From NCBI GenBank assembly GCA_965223265.1, contig OZ244999.1, positions 4,352,001 to 4,416,000 of the forward strand: a DNA stretch of 64,000 nt, read 5' to 3'. Origin of the DNA: Planctomycetota bacterium (lineage in GTDB: Bacteria > Planctomycetota > UBA8108 > SXIK01). A program made the translations under genes and the position numbers. Below, piece by piece: positions 29,562-37,999 of the stretch. The notes below the pieces were generated by a model. The model searched no databases. It saw only the letters and a list, made by a program, of their open reading frames with translations, and was not told where the DNA came from. Within the stretch, counting starts at the first letter, position 1. Every line of letters starts with the position of its first letter.

Positions 29562-31472
29562 TTAACTGTTTGGGGTACAGTTCGACTCCTGGCAGGTCGC
29601 CGGTCCGGCTTCGCAAGTGCGGAACGGGGCAGGCGGCTCTGCAGCCGTGCTGATGAAGATGTACTCGAGCAGGAAGACGGCATCCGAGAGGTCGGCGCTA
29701 CCGTCGCCATTGGCGTCGAGGATATCGTCACAGCCAGGGAAACGCTTCGGCAGGTTGCCGACAAGACCCTGAACGATCAAGACACCGTCGGTGACGTTGA
29801 TCTTGCCGTTGCCGTCGGCGTCACCGCGGTTGAACGGCAGCCCACCGTCGCCTTGAGTGGCCACGACCAGCTCGCTCACCGGGCAGCCTTCGGCGCCCGT
29901 GGCGGGGATCTTGTTGGCGTCGCCGTCGAGGTCACTGACGTAACCGACGGTCATGCCCGGGCCACCCACACCAGGATTGAGGTCGACCTCGAAGAAGTCG
30001 CCGTCGGAGAACCCTGCGATGGCGCTACCGCGCTCGACCATGGTGATCGGGTCGCCACTGGCGAGCGTACCGGTGTTGCCGGCAGCAGGCGTCTGCGAGT
30101 TGCCCTGATCGTCGGTCATGACGAGCTCGATCAGCGGTCGGCCTTCGCCCGAGGCAAGGTCGCCCGAGAAGCTCAGGTCCTGGCCATTGATCTTGACGCC
30201 GAACTGGAAGCCGAGAAGGTCGGCAGCGTGGCGGCCAACGATCGGCATGGAGTTGTCACCGGCGGTGTACGCGTCGCCGGTCGCGGCCGGGCCGAAGTAG
30301 AGAGCGTAGGCGTCGGCCGGGCAGTCATCCGGAGGACAAGCGGGATCGCCAGCACAATCGCTGTCGTCGCAGTCCACAGCGCCGTCACCATCGTCGTCCT
30401 GCTGGTTGTCGCAGATCTCGGTGGCAGGCGCACAGGCCGGATCCTCGGCACAATCGCTGTCGTCGCAGTCCACAGCGCCGTCGCCATCGTCGTCCTGCTG
30501 GTTGTCACAAATCTCGGTGCCAGGCGCACAGGCCGGATCCTCGGCACAGTCGCTGTCGTCGCAATCCACAGCGCCGTCACCATCGTCGTCCTGCTGGTTG
30601 TCGCAGATCTCGGTGGCAGGCGCACAGGCCGGATCTTCGGCACAGTCGCTGTCGTCGCAGTCCACAGCGCCGTCGCCATCGTCGTCCTGCTGGTTGTCGC
30701 AGATCTCGGTGGCAGGCGCACAGGCCGGATCCTCGGCACAGTCGCTGTCGTCGCAGTCCACAGCGCCGTCGCCATCGTCGTCCTGCTGATTGTCGCAGAT
30801 CTCGGCGACGCCACCACCGACGTTAACGCGAGCGTTCGTCAGAACGCGCGGCGTCTTCGAGCGGCCGTTGTCCGTGGCAATGATGTCCACTGGCGGCGAA
30901 CCTTCAACGCCGAGCTCACCGCTCTTGAACTCGATGATGGTGTCCGCACCGAGCGTGTCGTTCACCGCGTAGTTGACGCGCAGCAGCGTGTTGAGCTGCT
31001 TCGGCAAGAGCGAACCGCCGAAGAGGTCGAGAACGATCGCCGAGATGAAACCGCCGGCGACCACCTTGTTCTGGAAGAACGGCGTGTTGCCAGCGTTGAT
31101 CCCCGCAGCAGTGTTGTCGGTGATGAGATCGTCGTCGGTGATCGACATCAGCGCTTCATCGTGCGCCACGGCGATCGACCAGCCTTGAATCTGGTCACTT
31201 GCGGTCGTCATCGTAAAGACCGCAGGAACCACTGTTCCTGCTTCGCACGGCATACAATCAAAAACGTTGCTGCCTGTGATGGGCACTTCAGCGTCACCTT
31301 CCGGGTCGCCCGCTGCGAAGGTGATCGCCATGTTGTCATCGGAGCAGCGCTCGCCGTCTGGCGGATCGCAGAACATAATCACTAGCGACTCGTCGATCAC
31401 CTGCGCCTGCGCAGGCGCACAGACGAGCGCCACCATTGCCATGACTGAACCCAATACCAAAGCACGACTCAT
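29562..31472 (-). CDS. Scaffoldin-like secreted protein: cohesin-like, 5x Cys/Asp repeat, cohesin-like, dockerin-like
   Basis: Signal peptide (AQA|Q); IQGWSIAVAHD..LLRVNY..GSPPV domain; five 32-aa EICDNQQDDDGDGAVDC repeats; LLGFQFGV..GDFFEV domain; FNRGDADGNGKINVTD..DANGDGSADLSD. Confidence 0.7.
   Translation of the reverse strand: MSRALVLGSVMAMVALVCAPAQAQVIDESLVIMFCDPPDGERCSDDNMAITFAAGDPEGDAEVPITGSNVFDCMPCEAGTVVPAVFTMTTASDQIQGWSIAVAHDEALMSITDDDLITDNTAAGINAGNTPFFQNKVVAGGFISAIVLDLFGGSLLPKQLNTLLRVNYAVNDTLGADTIIEFKSGELGVEGSPPVDIIATDNGRSKTPRVLTNARVNVGGGVAEICDNQQDDDGDGAVDCDDSDCAEDPACAPATEICDNQQDDDGDGAVDCDDSDCAEDPACAPATEICDNQQDDDGDGAVDCDDSDCAEDPACAPGTEICDNQQDDDGDGAVDCDDSDCAEDPACAPATEICDNQQDDDGDGAVDCDDSDCAGDPACPPDDCPADAYALYFGPAATGDAYTAGDNSMPIVGRHAADLLGFQFGVKINGQDLSFSGDLASGEGRPLIELVMTDDQGNSQTPAAGNTGTLASGDPITMVERGSAIAGFSDGDFFEVDLNPGVGGPGMTVGYVSDLDGDANKIPATGAEGCPVSELVVATQGDGGLPFNRGDADGNGKINVTDGVLIVQGLVGNLPKRFPGCDDILDANGDGSADLSDAVFLLEYIFISTAAEPPAPFRTCEAGPATCQESNCTPNS
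30324..30803 (-). repeat. Five near-identical 96-bp coding tandem repeats
   Basis: Unit encodes EICDNQQDDDGDGAVDCDDSDCAEDPACAPAT; differences between copies are mostly synonymous. Confidence 0.95.
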
Positions 31473-32056
31473 GCGACACACTCCTTTAAACACAGTCCAA
31501 AGACCTCGCTCCCCTTGCAGCGGCGACGCATGCGGATCTCGCCGCGCGGCCGAAGCTCAGCTTCGATTTCGGTCTTTGCTCAACCAAAAACCCTTGCCAA
31601 CACTGTTCACTCGGAAGAAGCCAAAACGTGGTTCTTGCGGCGAACGATTCCTCGCAATTTCTCGCTTGATTTCATCCCAGAGAATCCTCAATCGCCCTCG
31701 TGTACGAGGGTTTTCCTTGGCTCGATCATACCAAAGAGGAAACCGCCTACAAGTTCTAAAAGACGCAAAAGACCAATTCGATGCGTCGCCTTGTTGGCAT
31801 GTGAATAGAGGGGGGAGATGTTAGCGTTCGCGAGCCAAATCTGCGTCACGACGCGGTGAAGACGTGCACCAATGGGCTGTGGAATTTGCACGAGGACGGC
31901 AGGCGACCGTACAAGCTATGGACGCTCATCAATGCCGGCGAGGCGCGCTGAAAGACGTGTTAGTCACGCCAGCGTCGCGGTTTCGGCGAAAGCGATTGGT
32001 TCGGAACGACACTTGCCACACCACGAATGTTCCCCCACCTCGGCCAGCGAGCGATC

Positions 32057-32539
32057 ATGAACCAGAAGAAACCGATCGACCTCCTCGACCGCGCGACATC
32101 CACCGTCGACACCGACCAACTCGTGGATCGTGGCGTGCAGCAGCTTCGGATTCTCAGCGAATCGCGCTTCCTCGACCTTGTTCACTCGATGGTCCACGAC
32201 ACACTGCGCGAGCACCTGAACGCCGAGGCCGAGGCCGACGCCGCTGCGCCGCAGCGTGCGACCGGTGACGTCACGCCACACGACCAAAAGCTGGAGCGCG
32301 AGTACCAGAGGCGCTGGGACCTTTTGCGTAGCCAACATGACCGCAGCGTGCGGCAGACGGAGCGACGCATCGAACGACTCTCCCAGGTCATGCGCAAGCT
32401 GGAGCGAGCGCTCAAACGGCAGCAAGTGCGAGCCGCGACGCGCGCTGCGACCGGCACCGACGCCGAGAAGCCCTCACGCGATCAAAAGTCACTGCTGCGC
32501 GAAATGCTGCTGAGCGAGAACGACGACGCCGGCGCCTGA
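32057..32539 (+). CDS. Hypothetical coiled-coil protein
   Basis: Good codon style; helical heptads VRQTERRIERLSQVMRKLERAL. Confidence 0.65.
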   Translation: MNQKKPIDLLDRATSTVDTDQLVDRGVQQLRILSESRFLDLVHSMVHDTLREHLNAEAEADAAAPQRATGDVTPHDQKLEREYQRRWDLLRSQHDRSVRQTERRIERLSQVMRKLERALKRQQVRAATRAATGTDAEKPSRDQKSLLREMLLSENDDAGA

Positions 32540-32547
32540 TAGCCCAG

Positions 32548-32682
32548 CAGCCTGTTGAAAAAGCGCGTCGAGTCGAATTTCGCCCCGGCCTAGGCTAGGA
32601 GCGTGGCCAAGCGAGCCGCTCGCTTCGAGGTAAAACTGGTCGCTCGCGTTCAGATCAGCCGAATGACTCTTTCAACGAGCTG
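32548..32682. mobile_element. MITE-like element / IS-end remnant
   Basis: Imperfect terminal inverted repeats CAGCCTGTTGAAA ... TTTCAACGAGCTG (11/13) enclosing 135 bp with no transposase; lies between convergent genes. Confidence 0.5.
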
Positions 32683-32818
32683 TTCGGTTGAGAGAGTGCT
32701 TTCAGCGTCACGACCATGGCGGCAAGTGCGGCGCACTCAAGCGCTCAGGCCACATCGCGTGGCACATCGCATGGCGACGAGCCTGGAATCAATGCCAGGC
32801 AGAGGATCACCGGCAGCG

Positions 32819-33046
32819 TCACTTCGCTTCGGGGGTGGCCTCGGTCTCTTCCTCTTCCTTCTTCTTCTTTTCTTTACCGCGCTTGCGGATTTTGAGGACA
32901 CGCACTTTGGGCAGACCGTAAGGTGACCCCTCTTCCTCCTGCCAGCGTCCTGTCCGCCGCAGCTCGAGGATGCGCTCGTAGCGCGTCAAAACATTGCGCG
33001 CTCGGATCAGATTGCCTTTGGTGACGAGACTCTTGTGGATGCTCAT
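32819..33046 (-). CDS. PVC-superphylum small basic protein (TIGR04137-like)
   Basis: [30 protein letters not shown] followed by a Lys-rich then acidic tail. Confidence 0.9.
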   Translation of the reverse strand: MSIHKSLVTKGNLIRARNVLTRYERILELRRTGRWQEEEGSPYGLPKVRVLKIRKRGKEKKKKEEEETEATPEAK

Positions 33047-33063
33047 AGATCGCAGCTCACAGG

Positions 33064-33116
33064 ATATTCACACACTGTATTCATACACCTGTATTCATAC
33101 ACTTCGTATTCACACG
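33064..33116. repeat. Four direct repeats of TATTCAYAC just upstream of the small basic protein gene
   Basis: TATTCA starts at 33065, 33078, 33092 and 33107 (spacing 13, 14, 15 nt). Confidence 0.8.
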
Positions 33117-33307
33117 CGTTGCAGACGTGCCGACAGGATTGTCGCAACCCGCCGCGTCACCTCAACACCGAAAAAGCTCGACTCTCGTCTGGACGCGGGG
33201 TAGGAGCTCGCGTCTCGTGGAGTCCGCTGGGGCGGCGACGCCAAGCGCGCTATTTTAGCGTTTCGGTTGCTGACAACAAGCAGTTTTCGTCGGCCGAGAC
33301 TCCCGCT

Positions 33308-34189
33308 CTACCCCGGCTCGAGAACCCCATCGCCGAGCGACACCCCGAGCACTCGGGCCGTGACAGCACACTTGACGCGGAGAAGAAAGAAAATCGACTT
33401 GGCCTTCCCCTCATTGCGTAGGTCATCGCCCTCCAGCGTCTGATAGGCCGCCTGGCCTTTGGCGATGACAAGATCGGAGGACTGATACTGCTCCCGAAAC
33501 TCCTGTGAGCAGGCGTTGAGAGGGACACCAAGGCAATCGATTCCCACGTCGATCAGCTCGGCAACTTCGCCGAGGCCGACCGCCTCGGCCTCGGCGCGCG
33601 TGGCATCAGCAAGAACTGGTATCTCGCGCAAAGTTGACAGCACTGCCGCCTTCGGTTTTTCCATCTTCTCGATCAGCAGCCGGTCGAAAAAGAGCTCGCC
33701 GGCGGCATCGTGGACGAAAAGGATCTTCTCGGCGCTCTCCACCGCCTGGCGAAAATCCTCGACGTGGTCGAGCGCCAGCGGCACCTTCTCAAAGCCACTG
33801 ACGAGCTTTTTGAGCGAAAAACCCTTGGCGAAATCCTGGCGGAGTTCGCAGTCGAGAATGTTCGCGGCGATGGAAAGGTGCAGAGCGGCAAGAAACGGGT
33901 CCGGTTTGTCGTCGACAACGGAGCGAATCCAATCTGCGTTGGTCGTCGTCTCCGCGATCCAGCGCTCCTTCTCGTCGTCGTACGGATCGCTGACGCCGAG
34001 CGCCTTCGCAGTCCGCCGCGCCACCCCGTGCATGAGCTCGGCCGGCGTCGCGACCTCGTCCACCTTCGCAAGGTCCTGCATGCCGTCGGCTAGAATCTTG
34101 CGATGCAGCCAGTCATCGCTCGTTTTGCGATCGGCCGTGTGAAGAAGCCGTCGAAGACAACAGGGGATGCACTCTGGTTGGTTGTTCAT
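33308..34189 (-). CDS. DUF89/ARMT1-like damage-control phosphatase family protein
   Basis: ECIPC, DPY..K, AANILD, DAAGE..FD, DAT, IAKGQ, FFLL..KC..A. Start reassigned to MNNQPEC. Confidence 0.85.
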   Translation of the reverse strand: MNNQPECIPCCLRRLLHTADRKTSDDWLHRKILADGMQDLAKVDEVATPAELMHGVARRTAKALGVSDPYDDEKERWIAETTTNADWIRSVVDDKPDPFLAALHLSIAANILDCELRQDFAKGFSLKKLVSGFEKVPLALDHVEDFRQAVESAEKILFVHDAAGELFFDRLLIEKMEKPKAAVLSTLREIPVLADATRAEAEAVGLGEVAELIDVGIDCLGVPLNACSQEFREQYQSSDLVIAKGQAAYQTLEGDDLRNEGKAKSIFFLLRVKCAVTARVLGVSLGDGVLEPG

Positions 34190-34383
34190 CTGATCAACGC
34201 TGGCACGCATCGCAGCCGCGGCAGGGATCCCGGGACACCGACTCAGGCCCGAAATGGAGAGGACAATCCCGCCGCAAAAGAGAAGTTTTAAGAGCTTGCC
34301 GCTAACATCGGTGCGGCGCGGGCACAAGCTAAAGCGTTCACGACGATCGATTGGTTATCGGGCCGCGGAGGTCGCATGCCGCA

Positions 34384-37281
34384 TCACGACCCGGCGCGCG
34401 GATCTCGCCATCTCACGTAGGCGCCCTGGAAATTGTCCATGTACGCCTTTTGATAAGGCCGTTCAAGCGCTTTTCGCTTCAGAGTTTCACACACCGCGGT
34501 CGCGGAGGCGTCGTCGCCGAACTTTTCGCGCAGATGCACTTCGAAAATCGGCTGGCCCTCCTTGTAGCCATGCGGCTCCAGTCGGCATGGAAACCCAAGG
34601 CTGTCGAAGTAGGCAACGACACCGTTCGCCTCCTCGCGAAAGCAAAGACTGCGGACGATGACCGACCAGCCTCGGTAGGACCGCTCGGGCGTGGCGAGCT
34701 GAAGTTCTCCCTCGAAAGCGCCGCCAACCGTGGTGGCCGGCGTGGCACGACCCTGGGCTCCGTCTGGATCCATCGGTGAGATAATCGGCGCGCCGACGAA
34801 AGCTGTGATCCGATCGTTATCGCCCTCATCCAGAGCATCATCGTCAAGAGCATCACCGTCAAGAGCGTCATCGTCAACTGCACCGCGCTCGTCCATGTCG
34901 CCCGCGTCGGCCTCACCGAGCGCCTCACGAGCTGCGCCGGGCAGCTCGGAGGCCGAATCATCGGCAGTCTGCGGTGCCGCGTCTAACGATATTCCTGGTC
35001 GCGGCGTCGCATCGACACGCGGCGAGCGCTCTGCTGAGAGCTCCTCGCTCCCCAGTTGGTTCCTCAGATCACCGCCGAATGCCAAGGTGAACTGATCGCG
35101 CTCCAGCTGTCTTTTGCCGGTGATTTCGCCCTGGACGAACACCAGCCCGGCGCCGACCACAGCCAACAGCCCGACGACGAACATCGTCCCAACGCGCACC
35201 TCAATGCGTCGACTCAAAAGTCGCGAAGCTTCGGGACCCAGAAGCTTCTTAGTGCTCGCACTGCAGCGTTTGGCCGCCGCGACGAGGCGCTCGCGGCGCC
35301 GCCCCTTTTGGGCCTCTCCGGAAAGAATCTCAGTCTTGGATTCGGCCTCGGCGGATTCGGCCACCTCGCCCGCGCCCGGAGCCGTGGCTGCGAGCGCTGC
35401 TTCACCAACACCGTCGTGGCTCACGACCTCGTGCTGGCGTTGAGCCCCCTGCTCGCGCCGCGCCCGACCGCGACGACGACGCGATGAGCGCCGCTTTTCG
35501 GCGCTGTTTTCGCTGCTGTCGCGCACACTTTCGCCTTGCTGGCGGGGCGCGGAATCTTGGTCCGCGGCGCCAGCGTCGACTTCACGCCAGCGACGACGAC
35601 GGCGGCCGGAATCTTCCCCCTGCGGCCCGAACGCCTGCTGCGGTGGCGACACGCCGCCGGTAGCTTCCTCACACTCGACCGCAGGTAGCGTCTCGCGGCT
35701 CGCCCCCGAACGCCGGCGGGTGGTCTGATCAGGCCGACGCTGACGAGCGCGACGCTTGGTGCCGCCGGAACCGCTCGACGCAGCAGTGCGGGCGCGCGTC
35801 CGCGACGTGGCGACGTTTCGACGGCGCTCGCCACCCTCCGAAGGACCAAGATTCTGTGGATCTACACCGGGCTGAGCAGGCTCGTCAGCGCCACTGGAAT
35901 CGCTCACCACCGGGACTCCATCCCCAACGCCGGGTGCTACATCGAGCGTCGCTTCGAGACTCTCAGCCGCCTGCTCGACGGAGGCACACGCCGCGGCCAC
36001 CGCGACGAGCTCGGGCTGATCAGGGAGGTCGACACCCTGTGGCGACCGGGCCTGCTGCGAAACCGCGCGATCGCGGTCACCCGCGGGCACCTCACGCCGT
36101 CGTCTCGAGCGACGGCGACGGCGGCGGCGCGACTTCCTCGTTTTGCGCTCCGGCGACATCGAACCGACCTCGTTTTCCCCGCCGCCTGGACTGGCATCCA
36201 CTGGACTGGTACTGAGTGGACCGCTACCGACTGGATCGCCGAACGGAGCCCCCCCGGTGCGGGCCGCTGGTGCGCCCGCGCCTTCCAAGTCACGCAGGCG
36301 ATTACGCCGCAGCGGGTGGGCGACCGCCTCGTCGAAGATGGCAGGCTCAGACGGCGCCCCCGGAGACCGCATCGCAGCCGCGGGCATCGCGGACTCGTTG
36401 GCTGCGGAGAAAAGCTCGAAGCGTGACGCCGAACCGGAAGGGAACGCCTCACTACCGCGTTGCGGCTGGCCAACGTGCGGGCTGAGGCCGTCGAGATCGC
36501 CGTCTGCCAAAGCGCCGGGTGTCATCAGTTCGCTGGGTCTCCGATCGTCGCCCGCCCGGTGATGATGGTCTCGAACTCGATTCCCATGCGAGTCTTCCGT
36601 CACTGCCCACGGCTCCGCTGGTGTCCGGTCGCGCACGGCCGAACTGTCCGTTTCGCCACTGGTCGGTGAATCTGCGGGCTCGATCAACGGTGCGGATCCA
36701 GCGCCCCCCCGCGGCGACGCGAGGCGGCGCCAGCCCAGTCGGCGCGATGGCGAATGGCCGGAGTACTCGCTCTGATCGACCCCGAGCGGCACCTCCATGT
36801 CGTGTGCGACACTCTGATCTGGGCGCTCGCTGGCCCCTGGCGGCGCCTCTGACGACGCTGCGGCTCTGGTTTCACGGGGCCAACGTCCACTTGGCCACGG
36901 CAGCGCCGGCGCGCTCCGCCGACTGACAGACTCAAGACTCCGTCGTGGTCGCAGCAGCGGCTCGCTGGCAGCATGGCCACGTGGCCGCCCCTGCGCGGGC
37001 CGTGCGCCGCGCCAGCTCGTCACCCGCGAAGTCGCTTCCGACGTGGCTCCCGAAGCCGGATCGGCGTCCGACGCGGGTGTCTGACCCTCAAGGCTAGGGC
37101 TCTCAAGGCTAGGGCCCTCAAGGCTAGGGAGCGTGGCTGACGGCAAGGCGATCGCCCCATCGCCCGATGCGATGTGGAGGCTCTCAGCTTCGACGTCCTT
37201 TGGCTCGCGAGCCTCGTCGCTGTGCTGCGCAAGTCGGTACAGGATCTCGAACGCCTCGGCCGTATTCTTCCGGCGGACCAT
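34384..37281 (-). CDS. Large bitopic protein: long disordered Arg-rich N-terminus, TM helix, C-terminal SPOR-like domain
   Basis: Strong SD GGAGGAGG before MVRRKNT; TM MFVVGLLAVVGAGLVFV; terminal WSVIVRSL..EEANGVVAYF..IFEVHL..F..ASATAVCETLK (SPOR-like pattern). Confidence 0.6.
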   Translation of the reverse strand: MVRRKNTAEAFEILYRLAQHSDEAREPKDVEAESLHIASGDGAIALPSATLPSLEGPSLESPSLEGQTPASDADPASGATSEATSRVTSWRGARPAQGRPRGHAASEPLLRPRRSLESVSRRSAPALPWPSGRWPRETRAAASSEAPPGASERPDQSVAHDMEVPLGVDQSEYSGHSPSRRLGWRRLASPRGGAGSAPLIEPADSPTSGETDSSAVRDRTPAEPWAVTEDSHGNRVRDHHHRAGDDRRPSELMTPGALADGDLDGLSPHVGQPQRGSEAFPSGSASRFELFSAANESAMPAAAMRSPGAPSEPAIFDEAVAHPLRRNRLRDLEGAGAPAARTGGAPFGDPVGSGPLSTSPVDASPGGGENEVGSMSPERKTRKSRRRRRRRSRRRREVPAGDRDRAVSQQARSPQGVDLPDQPELVAVAAACASVEQAAESLEATLDVAPGVGDGVPVVSDSSGADEPAQPGVDPQNLGPSEGGERRRNVATSRTRARTAASSGSGGTKRRARQRRPDQTTRRRSGASRETLPAVECEEATGGVSPPQQAFGPQGEDSGRRRRRWREVDAGAADQDSAPRQQGESVRDSSENSAEKRRSSRRRRGRARREQGAQRQHEVVSHDGVGEAALAATAPGAGEVAESAEAESKTEILSGEAQKGRRRERLVAAAKRCSASTKKLLGPEASRLLSRRIEVRVGTMFVVGLLAVVGAGLVFVQGEITGKRQLERDQFTLAFGGDLRNQLGSEELSAERSPRVDATPRPGISLDAAPQTADDSASELPGAAREALGEADAGDMDERGAVDDDALDGDALDDDALDEGDNDRITAFVGAPIISPMDPDGAQGRATPATTVGGAFEGELQLATPERSYRGWSVIVRSLCFREEANGVVAYFDSLGFPCRLEPHGYKEGQPIFEVHLREKFGDDASATAVCETLKRKALERPYQKAYMDNFQGAYVRWRDPRAGS

Positions 37282-37999
37282 GGCTCCTCCTCCTCCTCCA
37301 CACCGCTGCCGAGAACTGCGCTCCAGAGATCCGCGAGATCGATCGCAACCGGTCACGATCACGATGGGTGTCAACCATGGTGCCGGGCTGGCACCACTCG
37401 GATGCTCGAGCGCGTCTCGTGGTCTCCGGCATCGCCCCCACCCAGCGACGCCCGGACCCTTCACGGTGCCGAGTTCTTCACCTTCAAATCACTTCCTCTG
37501 TCACTATCCGCTCGTCTTGGAAGGTCGCCGAGATTGGGGATTCAGCGCGTCTCGCGCGAACCCCCGACCACGCCACCCAGCGGCCACTTCCTCTCAAGCC
37601 AAACGCAGCAAACTTCCGAAAACAGTCAAAAACGCTGCGATGAACCGGTGGCGAAAGGCGTCGCGATCTTCCGAAAAGCAATCTTCCGAAAAGATAGCTC
37701 CGATTGTGCGGAATGCAAGCACGGAGACAAAAGACCGCCCCCGAGCCGCCGTCGCCGCCCGGATCAGTGGAAGCGAGGTGGATGGTCGCGGTAGAATCCC
37801 ACCGGGCCTGTTTATCGGACCGATCCGCATCGATGGACGCGCTCACACCGGCCGCCTGCCGCTACGTGAGACCAGCGCGCGCTCGATCACCGCCAGTTCG
37901 CACGGCGTTTTCGCCGATGACTTTCATGCCCGCGCGCGTCGTCGAAAGGCGGCGAGCCGAGCGCATTTTTTTGACCACCAATCGAGACTCTGCGTCACC

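Noticed and set aside
29478-31385. 635-aa plus-strand ORF with repeats
   Set aside because: Antisense shadow of the scaffoldin-like gene; the minus strand has the signal peptide, domains and terminator.
37133-37999. N-terminal extension of the 786-aa ORF
   Set aside because: Overlaps the divergent gene and its promoter region; the signal peptide begins at Met 38000.
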